Assembly (NCBI GenBank): GCA_024137785.1
Contig: JAHRHZ010000141.1
Coordinates: 1,025,064 to 1,089,063, forward strand
DNA from: Ginglymostoma cirratum
Taxonomy: Eukaryota
Length of the DNA: 64,000 nt
Reading direction: 5' to 3'
Shown: piece after piece, positions 24,001-37,436 of the stretch
Layout: each line of letters begins with the position of its first letter
Numbering within the stretch: the first letter of the stretch is position 1
Program-made: the position numbers and the translations under genes
Notes under the pieces: model-generated
The model's database searches: none
Told to the model about the DNA's origin: nothing
The model's input: only the letters and a program-made list of their open reading frames with translations

Positions 24001-24701
24001 AATTGGAGCAAAGTCAGAAAAACTAATTGCTAGAAATGCAATTATATATTAGTTAACAACACCTTGGTTTTAAGGATGGTGGGCATGGGAACAACGAAGC
24101 TAATTCTTCCATCACGTCAGCACGATTTTAAAAAAGTGCACTTTCACACTATTTCCCAGCCCTTGATGGTACCATTCTTAGTTACACAGAGTGCAAGTGG
24201 GCTCCATTATGTTTAAAGTCATGCATGTACTCAACCTCTCGAAATACGTTGCACAATGGCTTCAAGACGAGCATTACTGTCTGAGTGTAAATGTTTTTAC
24301 ATAACAACTGACAATTTCGCACAACTGGATGTCACGCCGATTCTCCCATTGTAATCCATTCTTTTATAAATAAATCATAAAGTCTTTCAGTTATTTTCCA
24401 AGGAAAACAAACCTGCCCCGAGATTTTAAATCGCCCAATTTCTTAAATCTTTGAGTTCTGAAGATATCCTGCTTTTAATATTACATATTATAGACGTGTA
24501 TACATCGTGAATAGATCGTGATTTGCCTGCATCTTTATTGTACTGCATTTCTAAACAACTATCAGATTTGGTATTGCAGTGGGACCTCAAGGCGATTTTT
24601 GCTCTGAGAGATGCTAAGGTGCGTTCTTATTTCCAGATACATTTCGTGATGATGCTTCCAGAATTGCAGGATGTGTATGGAATGAAGTCATGTTTGCATA
24701 A

Positions 24702-24981
24702 CTACACTTCGTGTTTCAACAAGAGTGTGCTGAGACATAGCATTTTTTTTGGTATTCCAGGAGCAGACTTAATAGTCAGTGAGGGGTGTGAAGTGTATCG
24801 TGGAAGATCATCCCAGATGATAAGCAGGAGCATCAGCATCCAACCAGAGAGTGCTGAGATGTAGCTTGGTTGCATTCTGAGAGTTGACTTCGCAGTCGGC
24901 GTAGCTGTGATGGGCATTGTGGCGCAACCTATCATTAAGGAAGGGTTTGTCCCTGTAGTTTTTCCATACCTCCTTCGTGGT
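24702..24981 (-). other. Candidate host exon (possibly terminal); identity unknown
   Basis: Strong acceptor ttttttttagttttcatttttttgcatag|A at 24981, followed by non-repetitive sequence with two frames open for more than 55 codons. Confidence 0.3.
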
Positions 24982-25252
24982 CTATGCAAAAAAATGAAAA
25001 CTAAAAAAAAAAGGTGGGGTCAAGGTTCATAGGAGAGGAGACAGAACACCGTGCGAGAAAATTTGGCAGCTAGTGTTCCAGCGAGTGAAGGAGAACAAGT
25101 ATAAACAATTTCTGGAAGCTATTGTTGATGAGTGACAGGTAAGTTGTGAAAAATTGTTATTGGATCAGATAATATCAGAAGTTTCAATTTTGTATTAAAA
25201 TTATTTAACGTTGTAAAGTCTACTTAACTTAATCACCTTAAAGGGTTAAGGC

Positions 25253-25730
25253 ATGGCAGTAGTGCTCCAAATCGTAGTGTGCTCCTCTTGTTTGATTTGG
25301 GAAGCCGAGAAAATATGCACTGCATGGGACCCGCATGTGTGGAATTAGTGTATCCAGCTACAGCTCCTGGAAGTCCGAGTTTCGGGCTTAGAGCGGAGCC
25401 TGGGGGCACTGTGGAACATTCACGAGGCGGGGAGAATCGTGGATAACAAGTATAGAAAGGTAGTCACACAACTTACCCAGGTTCTATTTGCAGGATTAGA
25501 ATGGGTGACCACCAGGCAGAACAAGAGGTGTAATCAGGCAATGGAGAATCTCCTGCAAAACATATCGTTTTGGATACCGAACAGGGGAATGGCTGCTCAG
25601 GAAATAACAACAGCAGCTGAATTCATGTTTTCATGGTTGGCTCTGCTGCAGAGGAAAGAAGAAACAGTCTTAGGAATGTCATAGTCATTGGGGATTCAAT
25701 CATAAGGGTAACAGATTATCCATTCTCTAA
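25253..25730 (+). mobile_element. CR1 ORF1 relic (Cys-rich zinc finger/leucine zipper plus SGNH esterase motif)
   Basis: MAV...VVCSSCLIWE, CIQLQLLEVRV..LERSLGALWNIHE, VIGDSIIR (25685-25708). Confidence 0.75.
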
Positions 25731-26377
25731 TTATGGAACTTCCGACGAATTCAGAACTTGATCAACACGGAAATGCAAAAGATTAAAAATGTAACCATCG
25801 GTGCTGTTTATAGTTTAAAGAGAAGTATCCTATGGCGATTTTTATTTTGGCTAATATTATTGTTATTTCTATGATGATGGTAATGATGAGAATTATTGTT
25901 ATTATTACTATTTTTGTTGCTATTATTATTGTTATTGCAGCTAACATCACGATACTCATGCTTGTTCAGATAGTAGACTTCATTATTCTGCTTTAGAAGT
26001 AGGTATCATGTTGTTGTGCTGAGAAAGCTAAGACAGAAGCAAAATATGCTGTTGATCATTTGCTACCATGCAGTGACTTTCACAATTGTGGAGTACTTTA
26101 GAAATATATTATGCTTTCTTGCTGAGCTTTATTTATGTGGAAAATATTCAAAGTTCGCAGGGAACTAAGACATTGCCCCCTGCTCATGGCAGATAACTAG
26201 GCTCTTGATGTGTCATTGGTACGATAGAGCTTGTTACCAGGAAAAAAAAAGTGCCCAATTAGAAACCAGGTCCCACGAAATAGTTCAATCGCCTCCAAAT
26301 TACATTTAGAGTCATCACAGTATGGTAGATAACCAAAGCTAAGTAGTAAATATGCCCCTGAAATTGTTATCTGCCGT

Positions 26378-29102
26378 TAGAACACAGAACCTGACAGCGC
26401 AGTGCAGGCCCTTCGGCCCTCGATGTTGCGCCGACCTGTGAAAACAATCTGAAACCCATCTAACCTACACTATTCCCTTATCATCCATATGATTTTCCAA
26501 TGACCATTTAAATGCCCTTAAAGTTGGAGAGTCTACTATTGCTGCAGGCAGGACATTCCACGCCTTTACTACTGCCTGAGTAAAGAATCTACCTCTGACA
26601 TCGGTCCATATATCGATAACCCCTCAATTTAAACCTATGTCCCCTCGTGCTAGCCATCACCATCCGAGGAAAAAGGCTCTCACTCTCCACCCTATCTAAT
26701 CCTATATTCATATTATATGTCTCTATTAAGTCACGTCTTAACCTTCTTCTCTCGAATGAAAACAGCCTCAAGTCCCTCAGCCTTTCCTCATAAGACCTTA
26801 CCTACATAACAGGCAACATCCTGGTAAATCTCCTCTGCACGCTTTCCAATGCTTCCACATCCTTCCTTTCATGTGACGACCAGAACTGAACGTAATACTC
26901 CAAGTGCGGCCGCACCAGAGTTTTGTACAGCTGCAGCATGAACTCCTGGCTCCGAAATTCAATCCCTCTACCAATAAAGCCTAACGCACTGTACGCCTTC
27001 CTAAAAACCCTAAAAACCTGAGTGGCAACTTTCAGTGATCGATGCATATGGACACCGAGATCTCTCTGCTCATCCACATTACCAAGAATCTTACTATTAG
27101 CCCAGAACACTGTATTCCTGTTATTCCTTCCAAACTGAATAACCTCACACTTTTCCACATTAAACTCCATTTGCCACCTCTCAGCCCAGCTCTGCAGCTT
27201 ATCTATGTCCCTCTATAACCTGCAACATTCTTCTGCACTATCTACAACTCCACCGACTTTAGCGTCATCCGCAAATTTACTAACCCATCCTTCCACGCCC
27301 TCATCCAGGTCATTTAAAAAACTGACAAACAGCAATGGCCCCAAAACATATCCTTGCAGTACACCACTAGTAACTGAACTCCAGGATGAACATTTCCCAT
27401 AAACGTCCACCCTCTGTCTTCTTACAGCTAGCCAATTTCTGATCTAAACCGCTAAATCAACCTCGATCCCATCCCTCCGTATTTTCTGCAATAGCCTACC
27501 GTGGGGATCCATATTAAAAGCTTCACTGAAATTCATATACACCGCATCATCCGCTTTACCCTCATCCACCTGTTTGGTCACCTTCTCAAAGAACTCAATA
27601 AGGTTTGTGAGGCACGACCTACCCTTCACAAAACCGTGTTGACTATCCCTAATCAAATTATTCCTTTCTAGATGATTATAAATCCTATTTTTTATAATCC
27701 TTTCCAACACTTTACAGGTTTGTCTCTACTCGCCTTCTTGAACAAGGGAACAACATTTGCTATTCTCCAGTCTTCTGGCACTATTCCTGTAGACAATGAC
27801 GACATAAAGATCAAAGCCAAAGGCTCTGCAATCTCATCCCTGGCTTCCCAGAGAATACTAGAATAAATCCCATTCGGCCCAGGGGACTTATCCATTTTCA
27901 TCCTTTCCAGAATTGCTAACACGTTCTCTTTATGAACCTCAATCCAGTCTCGTCTAATAGCCTGTATCTCAGTATTCTCCTGGACAACATTGTCTTTTTC
28001 ATGTGTGAATACTGACGATAAATATTCATTTAGCGTCTCTCCTATCTCTTCGGACTCCATGCATAACTTCCCACTACTGTCCTTGACTGGCCTAAACGTA
28101 CTCTATTTATTATTTTATTCCTGACATACCTGTAGAAAGCTTTAGTGTTTTCCTTGATCCTACCTGCCAAAGTCTTCTCATGTCCCCTCCTGGCTCTTCT
28201 TAGCTCTCTCTTTACGTCTTACCTGGCTAACTTGTAACTCTCAAGCGCCCTAATTGAGCCTTTTCGCCTCAGGTTTACAATCCTTCTTCCTCTTTACAAG
28301 AGATTCAACTTCTTTAGCAAACCACGGTTCCCTCGCTCAACCACTTCCTCCCTGCCTGACAGGTGCATATTTATCATGGACACGCAGTAACTGTTCCTTG
28401 AACTAGCTCCACATTTCAATTGTGCCCAGCCCCAGCAGTTTGCTTCCCCATGCTATGCATCCGAAATCTTGCCTCATCGCCTCATAGTTGCCTTTCCTCC
28501 AGCTATAACTCTTGCCATGCGGTGCATATTTACCCCTTTCGATCGTTAAAGTAAATGTAACCGAATTGTGGTCACTATCACCGAAGTGCTCACCTACCTC
28601 CAATTCTAACAAATGGCCTGGTTCATTCCCCAGTACCAAATCCAATGTTGCTTCGCCTCTTGTTGGCCTATCTACATACTGTGTCAGGAAACCCTCCTGC
28701 ACACATTGGACAAAAATTCACCTGTCTGAATTTCGCGAAAAATAGCGTTTCCAGTCAATATTAGGAAAGTTAAAGACCCCATAACAACTACCCAGTTACA
28801 TTCACTTATGTCCAGAATCATCTTTGCAATCCTTTCCTTTACATCGCTGGAACTTTTCGGAGTCCTGTAGAAAACTACCAACAGGGTGACGTCTCCTTTC
28901 CTATTTCTAACCTCAGCCCATACTACCCCAGTAGACGAGTCCTCATTAAACGTCCTTTCTGCCACCGTAAGACTGTCCTTGACTAACAATGCCACACCTC
29001 CCCCTCTTTTACCACATTCCCTGATGTAACTGAAACATCTAAACCCAGGAATCTGCAAGTACCATTCCTGTCCCTGTTCTATCCATGTCTCAGAAAAGGC
29101 CA
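26378..29102 (-). mobile_element. CR1 (HER1-like) LINE, 5'-truncated, relatively young, ORF2 disrupted
   Basis: APE domain (SETWIEQGQ, GGGVALLVK, TRGEATLDLVLGN, GDSDHN); RT (KSPGPNGI, SQHGFVKGRSCLTNL, SGVLQGYVLGPLLF, KFADDAK, RPHLEY); 3'UTR ending at ~26378; short internal deletion near 27715. Confidence 0.95.
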
Positions 29103-30307
29103 TTTTACTGACCACAAGAGCAGATCAAAGGCGATACGGATGTCACCAGCAGCGTTTCTTCCATAAAACATATCGTTTCTGACAACCACATGTCTGCCCT
29201 TCTCCAGCATTTTTATTGGCACATCCTTTAATTGTATTGGCATCATGGCATTGCAAATGATGCAGGGGAGACGAAATGCCCTATAAGCACTGAATGAGCA
29301 ATCAAAAATAAATGTGGGACAATAAGTAACTTTAATTTGACGAATTAAACTGTATTAATCAGTTTGATTTTATTTAGAATCAAAATCAATTGTTATTAAC
29401 ATGCGCAAATATATTGAACTATTTCTTCATTTTTATTTCTTAAAGTGCCAGTATTTCCATTCTATCACAGGGTTTTCCTTTTTTTTTACAGTTGGAGTTG
29501 GGATCGTGGTTGATTCTTGATTGACCTCTCCAAGTTAGTAATTAGTAAGTAATGGCCAGTGATGTTCATATCGAATTGAATATTCCAAAATTTCTTCTTT
29601 CTGGAAGTGTTCAGTGGAATTTACACAATAATTTAAAATGTGGCTCCTCTATCTTCATGAAAACTGCGTATCATCATCTGCTCCCACATTACAATCACGC
29701 TTTCAAGTTTATGCCGACTCATTTAACCTGCAGATATGGCTCTACAGAGTCGTTCTGATACCAAATGATTTCTTAGTACCAAGTTTTGTCTCACATTTAC
29801 ATCCAGCATTCAAGTCATTATTGCAATTGCCACAGGTTGCCACCCTGCTCTCTCTCCCTTTCCAATGAATGTTGATGTGCTTCATCTTCTGTTCACCCCT
29901 ACACATCTCCTTTATTCAAAACTGTATTCCAAACTAACTGCTCCTTTTTGAAAGCAAAATGCAATTCGACATTTAAAGACATAGATGCCAGTTGACTCAA
30001 AGAGATACTTTAATTATTGCTTATAGTAAAGGTTTCATGCTTCTCTCCAACTCATAAAAAAATTCTATTTATGTCGACCTACCTTGAGACGACGAAAGGA
30101 ATGTGAATTTTGATAATTGTGAGCACCTACCGTCCTCTTTGATTCAACAAGAAATAAATCAAAAGAGAAAGACAGACCAAAAAAAACGAAATTTTCTGTA
30201 AAGTATAAAAATCGAATGAATGCAATCAACATATAAATCATTAACGAAACTCCCTTTCATGCAGAGTCTTAATATTGCATACAAACACAACCATATGCTT
30301 GGTAATG

Positions 30308-30433
30308 GAGATGATAGGAACTGAAGATGCTGGAGAATCCGAGATAACAAGCTGTAGAGCTGGATGAACACAGCAGGCCAAGCAGCATCAGAGGAGCAGG
30401 AAAGCTTGACGTTTCAGGCCTAGACCCTTCATC
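30308..30433 (-). mobile_element. Solo PLE 3' tail, 5'-truncated inside the hammerhead box
   Basis: Minus strand GATGAagggtctaggcctGAAACGTCaagctttcctgctcc...; matches 23237-23361. Confidence 0.85.
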
Positions 30434-33400
30434 TCAAACGTACATGCAGATCGTGTTGAGCTCCATGTAAGCTCAAATATCTTTTATTTTTTAAACAAGT
30501 CTTCTCATATATTGACGTATTACCTGCAGACAATTAGGACCTTTATTTATTTGCAGACAAAAATAAGCGAAAGTTTGGCGACATGGCTTTATCCAACTTT
30601 ATTTTTGCTGCTTAAAAACTTCTGTTTCCACTCTGGAAACATAGGTTCCTAAGTAAGACGATGAGGCAGTCATTCTACAAACCTTTTTTTCTTTTCTACC
30701 ATAGACACAAGCTTATACCCTGTATTGAGTTAAATTAACGTGCTTGCGCATTCATAGGATGGTTTCAATTTTCCATTTTTTTCTACGTCCTATTTACTAA
30801 GCCATCAAATTGCATCTAATGATATTTTTTATGTGTTTGTGATGGGCACGTTGTTTGTTATTTCACATGACACTGTGAAGTTGTTGTATAAAGTAATCCT
30901 AACTCACTGATGCGTATAAGAACAAGGATAATAAAGAAACTACTTGTATATTTCTCGAGTATCTCGCTTCCTAATAATAATATACATGTAACCGAAGAGG
31001 AAAATCATTGCAGCAATTCAACTGATGGCGGACAAAAAAAAATCACCGTTTTCTACTAACATCTTCGGATATTCAGCACTGTCTGTGTTTTAGAAGAATT
31101 AAAAGTTATGGAAACTGAGAACAAATACTGAGAAAGTGTTTCCTGATTAGAGCAAAAAGTAAATAACAAACGATTTCGATATACTTTGTATTGATTAAAC
31201 AATTTTTTTTGTAGTCAGATAAGGCACTTGAAACATCTTACGAGTTTAAACTTATTCAAACTCATGTGGAGCGAAGCATATGAAAAGAAAAATTCATACT
31301 TTTTTTTCTGCATGCCAGCAGAATCAGGGGGTGGTGTTATTGCAAGACTCACGGCATTGAAAATCACTTTGAAGTAAACACACAGCCATTGAGTCTGAAC
31401 ATTGTACATGTCAACGACTGCTCAGGAAATGAAGCGACACATCTGCCATGCGTGTGGAAACTGACTTTTGCCTGACTTGTGGCAGAAGTATCGATGACTA
31501 TGACAACGTCGTCCATGGAAAATAAATTTGAGTATGAGTAGTAAGCCTAGATCACTCCACTGTCCACGACTATGCAGTGGATTACCTCCCTGATACTGAA
31601 CCTGGTTCCAGTCTCAACATCATTTAATTAGCAAAACATTTTTCACTTATTTGTCCATCAGACAGAAATCAGACACTTTCAGCATTTAATGTCCCCAAAG
31701 ACCTAACGAATTCTTGTTGCTACAATCCACAGTTTGAATGATATTCTAAGACAATTCAAGCTCACAATTAATATAAGATAATCAAGTTGTGTTTTCGAAG
31801 AGGTTCTAATGAAAGAACATACCTGTCCACTAGCGTAATAATGTTTCTTATAATCATGCAGATTAAAGGTTTTAAAAAAAGATAAATGCAATCTATTTTA
31901 AACTCCCGAGACTTTCCAAGAATTCACTTAGGAGATGTCAAACTTCGTAACAGACTCAAAGCCAAAAATTGTACTCTAATCTCTACTACACTGTCCTTTC
32001 TTTTGTTGAAGAATACAGCATAATTCTCCATCTGCACAAATGAGAACCTTTATTGTTCTCAACAAGAGGATCCGACCTTTTGTCTGAAGTGGGCCTCGCT
32101 CAGAATTGGCAGTTCAAGGAATTTTAAAGGTATTTCAAGCTCACAATCGAAAGGCAAAAGGGACAATGTTGTGTTACGATCTCTGGCAAAGTGTGATATT
32201 CATGCATTAGTGCGAGAGGAAGTTAAACAAGACGTTGGGGACGTATTGTCAACATGTCAGTGTCGCTATGTCAATAATGTTGAGTATGCCAGGACAGAAA
32301 GGGCTATGTGATACATATATAGAAACAAAAATGAAGAAACAAGTAGTGTCACTGGTAGAAATGGTTAAAAATATAACCTTAAATAGGCCTCTGCTGAAAT
32401 GCAGTAAATTTTCCGAAAAAAGTGAAAACGACTGAATTTACAAATTGAAATAAAGTTCATGGGTTTGATTAAAAAATTGAATTTCTCTTTGCCTTACCAG
32501 ATTGTTAAGGGACAGCACGAGACAGAAGACTTGTGTTAGTTTCAGCCGTGTGTTAACATTGCCACAGGAAAGAGGTAAATTTGAAGAAAACTGCAACTTC
32601 TGCTGATGCAGGAATTGAAATTGCAGTGATTTGCGTAGCTCTACATTGCAAAACTGTTGTTCGAGAAACTGGGTTATCCGCCCTTTTGATGACTTGGGGT
32701 CTTATGTCCTTTATGTGTGCTTGTTTGCACAGAAACGAGGCCTAGGAAATAAATTTGCACGTTTTTGAAGGAACAGTAGAAAACGAAATCGTGTTGTGTA
32801 TCTCCCTTAGTACGAAGCAAAATAAAATGCAAAATCAATAAATTTCATTAAGTTTGAAATGTTCGTATCGATTTTGGCGACTCAATAAAACATGTACCAA
32901 GAGGGATGGAGATACATTTGGGTGTTGTTTACAAGATATTTCGATATTAAAGCCATAAGACAGAATCAGATTGAAAGGTAACGTTGTTATGTAAACAATT
33001 CCGAAAATAATCAGTGGTGATTTAAATCTCAATACATATTGAAGAAATCAAACTTGCAGAGAAGGGCAAAAATCATTCAAACAAAAAAGTTACAACTCCT
33101 AAAGGAAACAATATTGTGCATCCTGATGGATCTAAAGACTGACATGATTTATTGTATGATGATTTTCCACTCGGCCAGGCTTCAGACAAACTGCGGCAAT
33201 AATGAATAGATTTGTGTTCACTTATCCCTAAGAAATCTCTGTAATCCAGGAAGTTTCGTCAGGGTCAAAATGAATCCATATACGACTTACTCAAATACTA
33301 GAATTCCTTCACTAATGGCATTAGAAATCGATCTGACTGAGGCGGAGAACGATATTTTTTTTTTCAAAGACAGATTACTGACACTTTCTGAAATGGTGGC

Positions 33401-36400
33401 CTAGCCATTGGTGTCGTTGGTAAATGATTGTCGCAGAATATGATGAAATGTGTTGCTTCATTTTATGTCTATCATGTGGTGATACATAAATGTGGATACG
33501 TATATGATATTTATAAGATAATTTATAAGAACACTGTAGCTGGGCAAAAAGAAATATCAGTGTGATGTAGGAACTGATTTTTTTAACGAAAATGGATAAT
33601 CATGTTAAACTATTTTGTACTATTGCAGAATAATATGTGGTATTGAAAAAGTGCAACCTGCAGACATACCTGGACAGTTGGGATGTATTTTAGAAAGTGT
33701 TGCATAAAAAAAGTTAATGCACAAATTCGAATCTCATGGCGTGCAAGCCGTACCACCATTTAGGGAGAATTCACCCTCTGGTGGAGTGTAGAACGTTTGC
33801 GTAAATAGTTTCTTTTCCTGGCATATATGGCGGATAAATTGGTGCAGACATCTTAACTGTGTAATAGACCAGAACAACCTGTAAAAATATATTAAGAAGT
33901 TAGCCTAACGTTTATTATTGTTATTATTACTATTATTTGAAAGACAAATAAGAGGAGTTTCATTCTGAAATGAAAATGATTGGTCAAAACACCAGATTTG
34001 AAGCCACTTCCACATTATTAATACATTATCGGTAAAATTCGAAAAATAAAAATAAAATGGAATTACTAAATTCTGTTTGCAAACCGAGCAGAACAACCAT
34101 TACTCTTCCAATATAGTAACATCCCATATGCACATGCTTGTTAAAGGAAATTCAGTAAAGTAGATTGTCTCACAGGCAATTCTCCAGTCCAGAGGGAAAA
34201 ACATTAAAAGAAAATTCTGGCAGACAGATAGACAGGGTGGGGTTGAGGCGTCGAGAGAAAGAGTGAGAGAGAGAGAGAAGCCGGGAGGAAAAAAGTAATG
34301 CAGCTTCCAAACAGAGCTTCAGGACAATAACAACCGCTGGAGAAAAAAAAAAAGCCTAAATGAAAAGTCTTGAATTTGGGACAGGTTGAGCACAGCCAAT
34401 GAGCCTGATTCTATTGTAACAAAACAACGTCTCCCAAGCCGCTGGCTTTATTGTTTTCAAATTGAGAGTTCACACCAATACCTTAAAATCTTTTTCAAAA
34501 AAGGAGAAAATGCACCTCTTACAATCAAAGTATCTTCACACGTTCTGCCTTAAAAGCTACTACAAACATAATATCATTTTTGAAAATAATTCGACTTATG
34601 CCATTAGTATAAAAGAATACATGCTCATTAATTGACCAGAAGCATGCCAAAATTAATGACTACAGTCCATTTCAGTCTATTGATTTTTCCAGCCACCGAA
34701 TGCTTCCATCTTCTGTCATCACGATCATGTTAACGTTTTGACTATTAAATTCTCTCATCCTGCCACTTGTGTAATTTTCTAATTCAACAGCTGCAATAGT
34801 GAGTTCAATCTGAACAATTTGGAACATTTAGCCTCTAATTTTAATGAATAGTTTCAGAGGTTGCTATCTGAATTTACAATTGTCACAGATACATTAAAGG
34901 CAATATATATTTTGAAATATTGCAACGCCAAAACCAGATTCACAGTCTCCTTCTCAATCGTATAATATGTCTGTTCATGACTAATACATTTTCTGGTGAA
35001 AATATGAATTAGTTATATCTATCTTGCCATTGTCTTCTTGCGACTGTCCAGTGCCAAATAACATAACTCACATCGATAACTATCTTGAGTGGATTTGCAT
35101 ATTTACATTGCAAAGCACTTGGACAGTGGTTAACACTGATTTCAGGCTGTCAAATTTCTTCTGACATTCCTTGATCTCGACGGAGCAAACACTAAAATTC
35201 AGTGCGAACTTTTAGTATAAACAAATGCACTCAGCCCTAAATATCGTAATGCTCAATTCTTCGTCAATGACAAGGGAAATTTTCCAATAAAATTCGTTTT
35301 CACGTCTTGTTGGTTACCTGTCCATGTCCAATGACATGGCCCAGGATCATGACTTGGACTTTTGTGAACTCAATCTCAGCCAGGATTTTCACCACGTTCG
35401 CCTTCGAAAGTCAATTGAATCAATCCTTCCAGGTGTGATTTGACAATATTAGTTGATCTTTGTCATGTGAATTCTGCATTTTCTTACCAAAAATTGACTT
35501 TAAATTAGTACAGTCCACACAGTGTCACGAAAGCTGAAATTTCCGTCTATCTTTTCGAATAAAGCTAGTATCCATTGATTAATTCCAACTTAGAAATGGA
35601 CGCTGCATTTTCCAACTTTTCAATACAGCCTTCAAAACGTGGAATATGACATGAATTAAACTTTGTAATAGCATTGGCTTCGCGATACTTCACACAAAAT
35701 TGTTGGGTGCCATCGTTACGATTGAGCTCCATTGCTGAAACACTCTCGATTATATTGTCTTTAAGCCTGCGTTCAATCGTTTGTTTTTAAACCGGTGCCA
35801 ACTTTATACCATTATGTCTATAAGGATGTTGCTTAATTGGAGTAGCGTTTCCTAAATGGATATAACGCATAATTAGATGAGTACTTCCCAGATTATTCTC
35901 AAATATCTACCACGTTCTTTGTAGTAACTCATTCAAGTCATTTCGATCTTCCTCCGGAACGTCGTTCAATGATTTACCACAATTTTTGAGAACTTCCTCG
36001 TTGTCCAATCGAAATTTGGCAAATGCCCAATGCAGAACCATCTGGACTTGCTTCCTCACTCTGTATTGTATCCATAAGGTCAATCACTTTTTGAACTCTT
36101 TCACTTTCAAAATATCCTTTGTGCATATTCACATTCGGTACTGTGAGAAATTTCGTTCAATCTCGCTGTCTGATCATATAGTTCACCCACGTTGACTTGG
36201 TTCGATTTGATTTGGCTCACTCAACCTTGTCTTTAAACGCCCACCTACCAATGTGTGTACCACTAACAATTTATCACCAGTTACACAATTGTGAATTTTT
36301 GAGGTCTTATCTTCTTCCTTTTTCATCATGTCCTCATACATTTTATAATGCTGTCTATCCATCACAAGCACTGTTTAATCTTTTCCTAAAATTTGACACT

Positions 36401-36843
36401 AAATGTGTCATCTCTAAAATCCGATGTACTAATTTTGTCTTAACTAATTTTTGTGGTACTCTCACCTCATGCCCGAAAACTAATTCAAATGGATTGATTT
36501 TCGTTGAATAATTCCGTGTATCCCTAATTTTAAAAGTAAAAGATTGAACTCTTTTATCCTAACCTTATTAATAGTCTCCTCTGAGCCCTCAACATGATTT
36601 TTTAAGTTTGACTCAAACGTTCTAATAATCTCTATGATTCTGTACAGCTTTAAAATGTTTTATTCTGAAGACATTCATAACTTCCATGAATCGCTTGATA
36701 TATTAAAAAAGAACCTTGATCTGATAGTATCTCTCAGGTTAGTCCAAACAAAACAATAACTTTTAAACAATCCTTTGAGCTTTGACACTGTTCAATGGAA
36801 TGTCCTATGGGAATCCAACAGACACAACAATTTTCAAACAAAA

Positions 36844-37436
36844 GAACAAAAGAAAATTACAGCACAGAAACAGGCTCTTCAACCCCCGAGGCCTGAGCCG
36901 ATCGTCATGCCCTAACTGAAGTAAAATTAATCAACTTCTGCCTTTTTCCGTCTCTATCACTCTATTCTCTCCCGATTCATGAAACATCTTAACTGGCGCC
37001 AGCGTTCCTGCTTCCACCACCTGTTCTCCTAGTTTGTCCCAGGCTCCGACCACTGTCTGCCATGAGAAAAAAAAACCTTCCCTCGCTCATCTCCCTTAAA
37101 CTTTCCCCGTCTCACCATGAACCTGCATCCCCTTGTGATTGAAACTTCAATTCCGGGGGAAAAAAAAATCTCTGACTATCCACACTATCTGCACCTCTGT
37201 TAATTATGTAGACCTCGACCAAGCCTTTGCTCAGCTGCTGTCTTTCCAGTGAAAACAGCCCTAGTATTTTCAACCTTTCCTCATAGACATTACCCTAAGG
37301 CAACATAATGGTGAACAGACTGTCTCCAAAGATTCGACCACCTTCTCTTAGTGAGGTAGCCAAAATTGCACGCACTCCAAATGCGGACCAACAAATGTTT
37401 TATATAGGTTTTAAATAGCGGCAACATGGTTTGCTG
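36844..37436 (-). mobile_element. CR1 LINE 3' fragment nested in the gypsy integrase
   Basis: gaacaaaagaaaattacagcacagaaacaggctcttc tail; gaaaacagccctagt; cactccaaatgcggacc; IN sequence resumes on both sides. Confidence 0.75.

Noticed and set aside
31347-31410. Minus-strand donor GTGAGT as an upstream partner exon for 24981
   Set aside because: No convincing acceptor or protein-like open frame.
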